Assembly (NCBI RefSeq): GCF_000012285.1
Contig: NC_007181.1
Coordinates: 60,001 to 92,000 of the forward strand
Length of the DNA stretch: 32,000 bases
Reading direction: 5' to 3'
Source: Sulfolobus acidocaldarius DSM 639
GTDB taxonomy: Archaea; Thermoproteota; Thermoprotei_A; Sulfolobales; Sulfolobaceae
Under the pieces are notes generated by a model, which saw only the letters and a list, made by a program, of their open reading frames with translations, ran no database searches and was not told the origin of the DNA. Every line of letters starts with the position of its first letter. Within the stretch, counting starts at the first letter, position 1. Positions 1 to 12,934 of the stretch are shown here, piece by piece. The translations under genes and the position numbers were made by a program.

Positions 1-356
1 TCCACTAAGTCTTCTGCGTAAACAACTTTCAATTTACTCATGTCAACTCCAAATCCTTCAAGTACTTCTAATGCGTATTTACCCGCAAGTTTTATTTTCT
101 CTAGATCTCCTCCAAGCTTATCATTTATCATCGCATGCCAAGTTGCCACGAGAATTGACATGTCTACTCCGGCTTTGATTAAGTCTTTCAGTTTCTGAGC
201 CCAAATAAGCCAACCGATGTGAAATAAGCCACTTGGTTCAAAGCCTATATAACCCTTTAATTTACTGTTCTCTTCTAACTTTTTTTTCAGTTCATCTATA
301 GTTATTACTTCATCAGTATTTCTAGTAATTAATTTAATTTTTTCATCTATGTTCAA
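1..356 (-). CDS. tyrS: Tyrosyl-tRNA synthetase, N-terminal part (3' end lies beyond window start)
   Basis: Not in the ORF track because it runs off the edge. Reverse-strand translation from TTG at 356 gives (M)NIDEKIKLITRNTDEVITIDELKKKLEENSKLKGYIGFEPSGLFHIGW...VATWHAMINDKLGG. This matches the archaeal class-I TyrRS N-terminus, including the GFEPSG-xx-H-I-G (HIGH-type) motif. Confidence 0.8.
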   Translation of the reverse strand, partial: MNIDEKIKLITRNTDEVITIDELKKKLEENSKLKGYIGFEPSGLFHIGWLIWAQKLKDLIKAGVDMSILVATWHAMINDKLGGDLEKIKLAGKYALEVLEGFGVDMSKLKVVYAEDLV

Positions 357-400
357 ATAAGCATCCCCTTAAAAAATGAAGGCATAACAAATAAAAAACC

Positions 401-751
401 CTATTCATCGATTATTTGCTTCAAGAATATTACAATCGGGTGCGATTTACCAAGTTTTTCTTCTAGATCATATACGATCAAATCTACATCAATTTCGTTC
501 TGAATAATTTTCTCGACTAAAGCCTCTGTAAACTTGTAGAAATTAAAAAATTCCTTCTCATCCATCTCCTCTTCGTCATCATCAGTAAACGCAAATTTCA
601 CCTGATTATTAGTTTTACTCAATTCAGAAACGTCAATTCTAGTGCTAGTATTAATGATAGATTTTAGATACTCATCAACTATTTTTTCTACACATGACGA
701 GTTATTGCAATATCCTAACTTTTCGAAAATAGAGAAGTAAGCGGGTGGCAT
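401..751 (-). CDS. Hypothetical acidic protein, 116 aa
   Basis: Intact ORF on the same strand as tyrS and yjbQ. It has an acidic DDDEEEMDEKE stretch. I recognise no family motif. Confidence 0.45.
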   Translation of the reverse strand: MPPAYFSIFEKLGYCNNSSCVEKIVDEYLKSIINTSTRIDVSELSKTNNQVKFAFTDDDEEEMDEKEFFNFYKFTEALVEKIIQNEIDVDLIVYDLEEKLGKSHPIVIFLKQIIDE

Positions 752-796
752 TCTGGTAACCCACTAATATTTACATACTAAGTAGTAAAAAAGCTA

Positions 797-1201
797 TTAT
801 TCTCCGATACCCTTTACTAATATACTCCTAGTTCTTGGTCCATCAAATTCTAAAAGAATGACCCTTTGCCACGTCCCTAAATCTAATTCTCCATTGGTTA
901 TTGGCAAGACCCTGGAGTTCCCAATTATGGAGGAAATAATGTGTGCATGTCCATTATTGTCAATGTTATTATGTTCAAATGTGCCATCAGGTGGAACAAG
1001 TTTCTTACCCCATTCAAGATAATCCTTCATTAAACCACTTTCAGCCTCATTAACGATTAATGCACATGTAGTATGTTTCACAAAAACATATACCACCCCA
1101 TCTTTGATTCCCTTAATGTTTTCCCTTATGTGTTCTGTTATGTCTATACTTTCAAACCTAGATTTAGTTCTAACATTAAACTCATGAGTAACTATCTTCA
1201 T
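797..1201 (-). CDS. YjbQ/UPF0047 family protein (secondary thiamine-phosphate synthase-like)
   Basis: MKIVTHEFNVRT...DITE...VFVKHTTCALIVNE...GHAHI...LDLGTWQRV is the typical UPF0047 pattern. I chose the internal ATG at 1201 (M13 of the track ORF) because family members start right at this beta strand. That choice also leaves a 34-nt promoter spacer. Confidence 0.75.
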   Translation of the reverse strand: MKIVTHEFNVRTKSRFESIDITEHIRENIKGIKDGVVYVFVKHTTCALIVNEAESGLMKDYLEWGKKLVPPDGTFEHNNIDNNGHAHIISSIIGNSRVLPITNGELDLGTWQRVILLEFDGPRTRSILVKGIGE

Positions 1202-1235
1202 AAGCTTATAATATGTAAGGAAATTATTATATTTC

Positions 1236-2510
1236 ATGGATCTTGAAGGGATTGCTAGAAAATTAATTCCTGATCTAGAGAGCGCTAGACGGAAAATAGA
1301 GGAGGAGATCTCGTTCTACAAGGATAACAGGTATCCTTTCATAAAGGAATTGGTAGACGCAGTAGTTGAAGAGGCAAGGAGATCCCTTGAGGCAGAAAAT
1401 AAAGATAAATTACTTAAGTATCCCGTTACGGGAGTCAGAGCAGGAGAAGCAGGTCTTGGTTCTAGGGGTATAGGTGATCATATAGTTCACGAAAAAATAC
1501 TTCAACTTAGTAAACTAGGGGTATATGAAGACGCAAGAGTCACAGAAGAGGGGATACTTGCCTCAATAGACGGTATCCATTCTAGGCTTTCGTATTTCCC
1601 TTTTCTTGCTGGCTTTCATGCAACGAGAGCATCGTTAAGAGATGTTATGGTGAAAGGTGGAAGACCAATAGGGATACTCATCGACATACATTTATCTGAT
1701 GATAGTGATGTAGGGATGTTATTGGACTTTGAGGCCGGTGTATTATCAGTTGCAGAGTCGCTTAATGTGCCTATTCTCTCGGGTAGTACACTAAGAATTG
1801 GGGGAGATCTTGTAATAGGTGAGAGAATTAGTGGAGGAGTTGGTGCGATAGGTGTGATACATAAAAAGTACTTTGGAAGGAACTCGATTAAGCAGAATAT
1901 GGATATTGTAATGACAGAGGGATCTGGAGGAGGAACGATTGCTACAACTGCAATATATAATGGGTATTACGACGTGGTAAGAGAGACTATTTCTATTAAA
2001 GATCTGATTACCTGTAAAATAGTTTCTGAGGAAATGTATGATTTAGTAGATAGTATGACTGACGTTACAAATGGCGGTATAAGGGCTACTGCAAATGAGT
2101 TGCCTGAAAACTTATCATTAGCCATAAACACAGAATCTTTTCTGAGGCTGATAAACAGAAAAGTGTTAAATATGCTTAATGAACTGCAGATAGATGTTTT
2201 CGGGCTATCTATAGACTCTATACTCATCTTCACTGATATAGGTAATGAAGTTGTAAGTAAATTAAAAAGCAAAGGTATTAATGCGGAGATAATTGGAAAA
2301 GTAGTTCAAAGACAAGATTCGCCATTAATTACTAGTGAAGGTAAACCTCTAATCATGAATTTCAGAGAGTCTGCTTATACACCAGTTAAAAGAGTTATAG
2401 GTAATTATTCTCCTTTGTCTATTGGTGATATTAGGAAAGCTTTGGAAACATCCTTTGAGCAGGTGAAGGATAAGATGGAAAAAGTATTGAAAACTTTAAA
2501 AGCGAGTTAA
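1236..2510 (+). CDS. AIR synthase-related protein (PurM/ThiL/HypE-fold ATP-binding family)
   Basis: 424-aa ORF with the PurM-like layout: DG.H motif region IDGIHSRL, a glycine-rich MTEGSGGG segment, and TDVTNGGIR. The precise function cannot be assigned from sequence. Confidence 0.6.
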   Translation: MDLEGIARKLIPDLESARRKIEEEISFYKDNRYPFIKELVDAVVEEARRSLEAENKDKLLKYPVTGVRAGEAGLGSRGIGDHIVHEKILQLSKLGVYEDARVTEEGILASIDGIHSRLSYFPFLAGFHATRASLRDVMVKGGRPIGILIDIHLSDDSDVGMLLDFEAGVLSVAESLNVPILSGSTLRIGGDLVIGERISGGVGAIGVIHKKYFGRNSIKQNMDIVMTEGSGGGTIATTAIYNGYYDVVRETISIKDLITCKIVSEEMYDLVDSMTDVTNGGIRATANELPENLSLAINTESFLRLINRKVLNMLNELQIDVFGLSIDSILIFTDIGNEVVSKLKSKGINAEIIGKVVQRQDSPLITSEGKPLIMNFRESAYTPVKRVIGNYSPLSIGDIRKALETSFEQVKDKMEKVLKTLKAS

Positions 2511-2536
2511 TAGTTTAGGTTTACAAGTAGATATTT

Positions 2537-3049
2537 ATGTCTCAACAGCAGTTCAAGTACATAGTAAGGCTCTTTGGTCAAGACGTAGATGGAACTATGA
2601 AGCTTCCTTATGCCTTAGCCATGATTAAGGGTATAGGGTATAATACTGCTATGATAATTATTCGTAAATTGAATCTTGATAAGGATAAACGATTAGGTGA
2701 AATATCAGACGAGGACATAAAGAAGATTGAGAATTTGTTAAACAACAAAATTATTCCGGAAAGCCCTAACTGGATCTATAACAGACAGAAGGATTACGAG
2801 TCAGGAGCCGATATGCATTTGGTGACCTCTGATTTGATCTTTTACGTTAGAAATGATATTGAGAGGGAGAGGAGAAGTAGGAGCTGGAGAGGTGTGAGAC
2901 ATAGTTTAGGTCTCAAGGTCAGAGGTCAGAGAACTAGAACTACTGGAAGAACTGGTGCCACCATAGGTGTAAGAAGAGCAAAAGCTGGTCAGCCTCAACA
3001 GCAGGCAAAGCCAGCTGGACCCGCAGAGGGTGGAGAAGCAAAGAAATAA
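2537..3049 (+). CDS. rps13: 30S ribosomal protein S13 (uS13)
   Basis: [14 protein letters not shown]...[13 protein letters not shown]...[22 protein letters not shown] is classic uS13. It is first in the conserved S13-S4-S11-RpoD order. Confidence 0.95.
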
Positions 3050-3055
3050 ACTCTT

Positions 3056-3062
3056 AGGTGAT
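3056..3062 (+). promoter_or_regulatory. Shine-Dalgarno-like AGGTGAT ahead of rps4
   Basis: AGGTGAT lies 4 nt upstream of ATG 3067 and is complementary to the archaeal 16S 3' end (..AUCACCU..). The same TAGGTGATTTA context recurs ahead of rps2. Confidence 0.55.
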
Positions 3063-3066
3063 TTAG

Positions 3067-3979
<913 letters not shown>

Positions 3980-3987
3980 CGTGTTAA

Positions 3988-4784
<797 letters not shown>

Positions 4785-4785
<1 letters not shown>

Positions 4786-5141
4786 TGTCTCGTGGTAGTA
4801 CTAACATAATGTTAAGAAAGTTGATTACTTCATTGAAAAAACAAGATAAGGCTATATGGGTTAGAGTGGCTGAGGAGCTAGAGGCTCCAAGAAGAAAGAG
4901 GGCTTACATTAACATTTATAAAATCAATAGGTATAGTAAGGCAAATGATATAATTGTGGTACCCGGAAAGGTATTAGGAGTAGGAAACCTTGATCATCCA
5001 GTGACAGTAGTGGCACTCTCGTTCTCCAAACCGGCTAAGGAGAAGATATTAAGAAGTGGAGGTAAGGTTATGAGTTTGTATAAGGCTATACAGGAGTTAA
5101 ATGATTTTAAAGGTAAAACTGTGAGGTTGATGAAGCAATGA
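4785..5141 (+). CDS. rpl18e: 50S ribosomal protein L18e (eL18)
   Basis: Conserved position after rpoD. Small basic protein with the pattern [12 protein letters not shown]......W.RVAE.L..PRR. Confidence 0.88.
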
Positions 5142-5584
5142 GTAGTCAGGAAGAGATAGTTATTGTAGACGCAACAAACCAAATATTAGGAAGAATGTCA
5201 ACCCACATAGCTAAGTTATTGAAGTCAGGTAAGAAGGTCTATGTGGTGAATGCTGAAAAAGCGATAATAAGTGGTCCTAGATCTAGGGTTCTAGAGGGCT
5301 ACTCCCTTCTATTTACTGTAAAGACTATGCAAAATCCTTACAGGCAAGGAATTAGAAGACCCAGAAATCCAATAAACATAGTGAAGAGAACAGTGAGAGG
5401 GATGCTTCCTAAAAATAAATTAGGAAAGCAAATTTACAGGAATCTCAAAGCATATATCGGAATTCCTAAAGAACTGGAAGGTAAATCTATGATTAGATTT
5501 GACGATGCTGATGTTAGTAGGTTAAAAGGTAAATATATAACTGTTGCAGAGTTATCAAGATTATTAGGTGGGTTAAAGCAATGA
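5138..5584 (+). CDS. rpl13: 50S ribosomal protein L13 (uL13)
   Basis: [37 protein letters not shown] and [11 protein letters not shown] are uL13 motifs. ATGA overlap with rpl18e. Confidence 0.93.
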   Translation: MSSQEEIVIVDATNQILGRMSTHIAKLLKSGKKVYVVNAEKAIISGPRSRVLEGYSLLFTVKTMQNPYRQGIRRPRNPINIVKRTVRGMLPKNKLGKQIYRNLKAYIGIPKELEGKSMIRFDDADVSRLKGKYITVAELSRLLGGLKQ

Positions 5585-5997
5585 GTCAGGCTGAACAGAA
5601 TTTTATGATTACTTATGCGAGAAGGAAGTCTGCTAGAGCAAGTTGTTACATCAAACCTGGTAATGGGAAAGTTTTCGTGAACGATATTCCAATTGAAATT
5701 ATACCAATTGAGGTAGTTAGATATAAAATAATGGAACCTTTGGTCTTGGCTGGAGACAAGATAACCTCTTCCATAGAAGCTAGAATATACACACAAGGAG
5801 GAGGTATAATGGGTCAAGCTGATGCTGCTAGAATGGCACTAGCTAGAGCATTGGTCAAATTTACGAATAGTAAGGAACTTGTAGAGATCTATAAGTCATA
5901 TGACAGAACTATGCTAGCTGGAGACCCAAGGCAGACTGAGTCTGAAAAGTGGATGAGATATAGTGCTAGAAGATGGAGACAGAAAGCGTACAGGTGA
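5581..5997 (+). CDS. rps9: 30S ribosomal protein S9 (uS9)
   Basis: GRRKSA.A...IKPGNGKV.VN, GGGIMGQADAARMALARAL and the C-terminal ARRWRQKAYR are the uS9 signature. Confidence 0.93.
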   Translation: MSQAEQNFMITYARRKSARASCYIKPGNGKVFVNDIPIEIIPIEVVRYKIMEPLVLAGDKITSSIEARIYTQGGGIMGQADAARMALARALVKFTNSKELVEIYKSYDRTMLAGDPRQTESEKWMRYSARRWRQKAYR

Positions 5998-6003
5998 AAC
6001 TTC

Positions 6004-6204
6004 TTGATTATTCCGATTAGATGTTTTACATGTGGTGCAGTCGTGGCAGATAAGTGGGAGCCATTTAGTAATAGGGTAATGGGTGGAGAGGATCCTGAGA
6101 AAGTGCTAACTGAGCTTGGTGTAAATAGATATTGTTGTAGAAGGATGCTTTTATCCCACGTTAATATTATAAGGGAAATTATACATTATACTAGACCAAT
6201 TTAG
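6004..6204 (+). CDS. rpoN: DNA-directed RNA polymerase subunit N (Rpo10)
   Basis: (M)[10 protein letters not shown]....KWE.F......G.....VL.ELGV.RYCCRRM is the RpoN zinc motif. TTG start at 6004 is preceded by AGGTGA (5992-5997), which overlaps the rps9 stop. Confidence 0.9.
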
Positions 6205-6209
6205 GTGAT
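6203..6209 (+). promoter_or_regulatory. Shine-Dalgarno-like AGGTGAT ahead of rps2
   Basis: AGGTGAT lies 4 nt upstream of ATG 6214 and overlaps the rpoN stop TAG (6202-6204). Confidence 0.55.
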
Positions 6210-6213
6210 TTAA

Positions 6214-6891
6214 ATGTCGGAGAAGGAGAGAGGAACAGAATTAAGTGAGGAGGAGAAGGCTGAGCTTCAAAAGACAGAGAAAGGGACAGTAATAGAATTA
6301 TTAGTTCCGTTGGACACTTATTTATCTGCAGGAGTTCACATAGGTACTCACACATGTACTCGATATATGGAAAGGTTTATCTATAGGGTAAGACCTGAGG
6401 GACTTTATGTACTTGATGTTAGAAAAATAGATGAGCGACTAAGAGTGGCAGCCAAGTTTATTTCTAGGTTCAGACCTGAGGCTGTTTTAACGGTTGCTTC
6501 CAGACCATATGCCTTTACCCCTGTTCAAAAATTTAGTGAAGTCGTAAGGGGTAAGGAAATTAGTGGTAGATTCCCTCCTGGAACTTTGACAAATCCTTAT
6601 CTAGATAATTACATAGAACCTGAAGTATTGATAGTAACAGATCCTAGGACAGATTTGCAAGCAATAAAGGAAGCTTCTAAAGTTGGTATACCAATAGTAG
6701 CATTCACAGATACTGATGCAAGAGTAGATTTTATTGACGTAATAATTCCTGCCAACAACAAGGGTAGAAAGTCTTTAGCATTATTGTATTGGGTTCTCGC
6801 TAGGCAGATTCTGCGAGAAAGGAAAGAGATACCTTTGGATGGTGATATACCTTTAAGGGTTGAGGATTTTGAGACGAGGCTAACAGAATGA
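6214..6891 (+). CDS. rps2: 30S ribosomal protein S2 (uS2)
   Basis: [17 protein letters not shown]......[17 protein letters not shown] and VTDPR.D.QAIKEA...GIP.VAF.DTD are uS2 motifs. Confidence 0.93.
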
Positions 6892-7731
6892 TAAGAATCC
6901 CTGCAGTTGCAGGTTCTTTCTATGAGGCAGATCCTGTTAGGTTAAGAAAACAAATAGAATGGTCCTTTTTGCATGATCTGGGTCCAAAAAGTTTACCCTC
7001 TGTTCCTCAAAATAAGCCTCCACAGAGAAGTAATAGATTTTTCGTAGTTCCTCATGCAGGTTATATGTATAGTGGTCCTGTAGCTGCTCATGCATACTAC
7101 CATCTCTCTTTAGAAGGTTCTCCAGATACAGTTATTATTTTGGGACCTAATCACACTGGTTTAGGTTCATATGTTTCAATATGGCACAAGGGTAAGTGGA
7201 AAACTCCGCTGGGAGAAGTGTCAGTAGATGATGAAATATCACTTGAATTAGTGAAATTAACTGAGATTATTGATATTGACGAGAGGGCTCATCTATATGA
7301 GCATTCAATAGAGGTTCAAATCCCATTTCTTCAATATTTATTTGGTCAAAACTTTAAGATTGTTCCCATAGTTATAATGATGCAAACACCAGATGTTGCT
7401 GAAAGTTTAGCTGAGGGCATTTATAAGCTGGTATCATCAGGTAAGAAGGACATTGTAGTTTTAGCCAGTAGTGACCTCAATCATTATGAGCCACATGATA
7501 AAACTATTGAAAAGGATAACTTAGCAATAGATGAAATTCAAAAGCTAGACTATAAGGGGTTATTTAGGGTGGTAGAGGAGAAGGATGTTACTGCATGTGG
7601 TTATGGTCCTATAATGACTGTCCTGATATTAGCTAAAAAACTTGGAAAGAAACCATACGTATTAAGGCATGCCACTTCAGGTGACACATCTGGAGATAAA
7701 TCCTCTGTTGTAGGTTATCTTTCAGTGAGGT

Positions 7732-7742
<11 letters not shown>
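6888..7742 (+). CDS. MEMO1-family protein (AmmeMemoRadiSam system protein B-like)
   Basis: [50 protein letters not shown] and SSDLNHY are hallmark MEMO motifs. ATGA overlap with rps2. Confidence 0.82.
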
Positions 7743-10487
<2,745 letters not shown>

Positions 10488-10488
<1 letters not shown>

Positions 10489-11474
10489 TGCTCGTATCCC
10501 TGCTTGGTATTCTTCTCTCGGTAATTGTAGGTTTTGTGGTTACATTAATATCAACTAAATGGGTAATTGGGCTCTGCAAGAAAAGGGGTTTTACAGGGAA
10601 GGACATAAATAAATTGACTAAGGATGATGTTCCTGTACTTGGCGGTATAGGAATTGTGGCTGGCTTTGTGGCTGGGTCTTTTACCTTTTTATTAACCTCT
10701 TATAATCTTTCTCCTGGAATAGAAAACGTGGTTGTGTCTATATTATTATCATCATTGATTATAGGTTTTCTTGGTCTACTTGATGACATTTTCAACATAA
10801 GCCAGGCTACTAGGGCATTTCTTCCAATATTTGCCTCAATTCCTCTGATATTATATAGTGTTGGTCATACGATAATTTCAATCCCTTTTCTGGGTAAGGT
10901 AAACTTCGGAATATTATTTTATATTATAATACTCCCTGCAACATTAACTATAACTGCAAATGCCTTCAACATGCTTGAAGGACTTAACGGTTTAGGGGCA
11001 GGAATGGGTCTAATTATGGCTCTAGCTTTAGCATACATAGGGTTAAAATCTGGAGGTACATCATTTTACGCCGGTATCGTATCTATTATCCTAGCGTCAG
11101 TACTCTTTGGTTTTCTAATATTCAATTTCTATCCGGCTAAAACTTTTCCAGGAAATATAGGTACTTATTTTATTGGATCTGTTATCGGTTCAATTGGAAT
11201 TTCAGGATACATGTATACTGCCCTATTCTTCTTGTATCTACCATATGTAATTGAGTTTGTTTTAAAGGCTAAAACTAGGTTTAAGGGAGTCTCGTTCGGA
11301 AAAATTGACGATCAAGGTTACCTCCATTGGGACTCTAAGCCAAATTCATTAACACATATAGTTATGAGGATTGGAAAATTTAAGGAATATCATATCGTCC
11401 TCATAATTTGGGGAATAGAGATACTGTTTGCAATTTTAGCAGTAGTGTTTCAAACGGTTACGATAACCATCTAA
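10488..11474 (+). CDS. aglH: Glycosyltransferase family 4 (MraY/WecA/Alg7-like) UDP-GlcNAc:dolichyl-phosphate GlcNAc-1-P transferase
   Basis: Polytopic membrane protein with LGLLDD..N, NAFNMLEGLNGL and the PAK.F.G..G motifs of polyprenyl-phosphate sugar-1-P transferases. Its position directly after gds fits the described S. acidocaldarius aglH locus (from memory). Confidence 0.8.
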
Positions 11475-11518
11475 TGATATACAATATTTTTATTTTCGTG
11501 ATAAAATACAATTTCCCC

Positions 11519-12148
11519 GTGTTTAAAGTGAAGGGCGTAATATTTGATCTAGATGGAACCCTTGCAAATACAGCACTTATTCACAAGGAGGCTTGGGAGA
11601 AAGCCCTTGATAGACTTGGTATAAAGAGTGACGTGAAAATTGATAACTTACTTGGAAGGAAAAGTAGTGATATAGCTAAACTATTGGCTCCTAATAATTG
11701 GAGCGAATTAATTAACATAAAAAATCAAATTTATGTAGAACTAGTTAAGGAGAAAGCTTCTCCAACACCCTGTGCTTTGGATCTATTATCCTACTTGAGA
11801 AAGAAAGAAATAAAGACAGCCATAGTTACATCTTCAAATAAACTTTCCTCAGGTAGTGTTTTAAAGAAATTGGGTATTACCAGTGAGGTAGTTCTTACGG
11901 GCGATGATGTAATTAACAGTAAGCCAAATCCAGAAGGGATAAATAAAGCCTTAAGTTTACTCTATTTGGACGGAAGAGACGTGATAGGTGTTGGAGATAC
12001 AGAGGTGGACGTAGAGGCATATTATAAAGCTGGTCTAGGAGGTATATATCTTGTAAAATCTGGTGTTCCTTTTAGGGAAGAAGTAGTCAAAATGTATGGT
12101 GGGATTGTTATCTCATCTTTATGTGAACTATTAGAGTTAATCTCTTAA
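11519..12148 (+). CDS. HAD-superfamily phosphatase (beta-phosphoglucomutase-like subfamily)
   Basis: Motif I VIFDLDGTLANT, motif II VTSS, and motif III/IV K.NPEG...GVGDTEVDVEA. The track ORF (from 11408) overlaps aglH. ATG 11474, GTG 11519 and GTG 11528 are in-frame candidates. I chose GTG 11519 because a T/A-rich box (about 11487-11497) sits roughly 27 nt upstream, which fits a leaderless start. Confidence 0.7.
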   Translation: MFKVKGVIFDLDGTLANTALIHKEAWEKALDRLGIKSDVKIDNLLGRKSSDIAKLLAPNNWSELINIKNQIYVELVKEKASPTPCALDLLSYLRKKEIKTAIVTSSNKLSSGSVLKKLGITSEVVLTGDDVINSKPNPEGINKALSLLYLDGRDVIGVGDTEVDVEAYYKAGLGGIYLVKSGVPFREEVVKMYGGIVISSLCELLELIS

Positions 12149-12160
12149 TTTTATATAATG
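12141..12160 (+). promoter_or_regulatory. TATA-like element upstream of the SRP RNA gene
   Basis: CTTAATTTTATATAATG lies immediately upstream of the GC-rich RNA gene. The spacing to my proposed 5' end (TATA core about -22 to -13) is shorter than the usual centre near -26. Either the 5' end or the box assignment may therefore be off by several nt. Confidence 0.35.
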
Positions 12161-12170
12161 ATTATTATAT

Positions 12171-12475
12171 GGTCAGGTAGGGTGGAGGGTCTCGCCAGCC
12201 CTTATACCCACATGGCGCAACGTGGGCACCAGTAACTCCTATGCTATAATACCTGCTCTTCGAGATCCCAGTCTAACTATGATCATCGCCCGACGGGGCG
12301 AGATAGTCGTGGGTTCCCTTTCTGGAGGGAGAGGGAATTCCACGTTGACCGGGGGAACCGGCCAGGCCCGGAAGGGAGCAACCGTGCCCGGCTATCCGCG
12401 TTCGTCGGTCTCCGATAGGAGGAAGACTGGGGGTAAATCTCGGGGAGTAAGGGTTATGGCATAGGGGAGCTGACC
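12171..12475 (+). ncRNA. Signal recognition particle RNA (archaeal 7S RNA)
   Basis: A conspicuously GC-rich island of about 305 nt in AT-rich surroundings. It contains the conserved helix-8 SRP54-binding motif GGCCAGGCCCGGAAGGGAGCAACCGTGCC. The 5' GGTCAG pairs with the 3' CTGACC (extendable to ATGGTCAG/CTGACCAT). The 80-aa track ORF inside it is spurious. Confidence 0.88.
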
Positions 12476-12476
12476 A

Positions 12477-12484
12477 TTTATTTT
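12477..12484 (+). terminator. T-rich tract after SRP RNA
   Basis: TTTATTTT directly follows the closing helix. Archaeal terminators are oligo-T tracts. Confidence 0.35.
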
Positions 12485-12569
12485 ATGGTAATAGTTTATT
12501 TGGTTCATGTTCATTTACTATGTCAAATTTTCCTTTGTGACTCAAATTACAATTATAAGATAATATTCA

Positions 12570-12657
12570 TGGCGCCGGGGGCGGGATTTGAACCCGCGCG
12601 GGGTGGGACCCCAGAGGCTTAGCAGGCCTCCGCCCTACCGAGCTAGGCGACCCCGGC
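12570..12657 (-). tRNA. tRNA-Ser (anticodon GCU), CCA encoded
   Basis: The reverse strand reads GCCGGGG-TC-GCC..GGC-G-GAGGC-CTGCTAA-GCCTC-(long variable arm TGGGGTCCCACCCCGC)-GCGGG-TTCAAAT-CCCGC-CCCCGGC-G-CCA. This gives a 7-bp acceptor stem, a 5-bp anticodon stem with a GCT anticodon, a TPsiC loop, and a long variable arm typical of Ser. No intron. Confidence 0.9.
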
Positions 12658-12934
12658 AATAAGTACTTGATATTATAAATTATCAAGGTTATAAGTGTTT
12701 TCTCTTATGTCTCTAATTTAGATCAGCCTACTCTTCTAACTAATGTTATCCTGGTGAACATAAAGGTGTGATTCAAAGACTCTAATTTGTAATAATCATC
12801 ATTTATGAAATCTAATCAGTTATGAAAATTTATAAATAATTATTTTTTGAAATAAACTCAGTTAATACTGTTTTCATCAAATTTATTAAAAAAAGTTATT
12901 AAGCCCCTTCCACTGATCATATTTTAGATATAGT

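Noticed and set aside
2975-3049. GC-rich, Gln/Pro/Ala-rich tail of S13 ([23 protein letters not shown]) as a possible fused or foreign segment
   Set aside because: It is in-frame and continuous with rps13, short, and followed by a normal SD and rps4 start. A lineage-specific low-complexity C-terminal extension is the simplest reading.
5434-5817. 127-aa ORF antisense to rpl13/rps9
   Set aside because: Antisense shadow of two highly conserved ribosomal protein genes, with no independent support. The same applies to 3565-3840 and 4994-5182.
11408-11518. N-terminal extensions of track ORFs: HAD from 11408, yjbQ to 1237, moeA to 20476, glycerate kinase from 23637
   Set aside because: The extensions overlap neighbouring genes and encode hydrophobic or junk-like leaders absent from the respective families. 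Internal starts align with family N-termini and with upstream A/T boxes.
12222-12464. 80-aa ORF (MGTSNSYAIIPALRDPS..) in the track
   Set aside because: It lies wholly inside the GC-rich SRP (7S) RNA gene, including the conserved GGCCAGGCCCGGAAGGGAGCAAC motif. The Gly/Arg-rich translation is a by-product of GC-rich structural RNA.
12723-12802. Possible C/D-box sRNA on the minus strand between tRNA-Ser and doxB (AUGAUGA at 12802-12796, CUGA at 12726-12723). I also saw a nearby TTATGAAA direct repeat (12803-12810 and 12820-12827).
   Set aside because: The boxes are 80 nt apart, too long for archaeal C/D sRNAs. There are no credible internal C'/D' boxes at the expected 12-nt guide spacing and no terminal stem. 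The short repeat is expected by chance in such AT-rich DNA.
12570-12934. tRNA-Ser as an integration hotspot for a mobile element or provirus
   Set aside because: There is no integrase, no phage or plasmid-like genes, no compositional shift, and no second copy of the tRNA 3' segment that I could spot. The flanking genes are SRP RNA and a respiratory oxidase.
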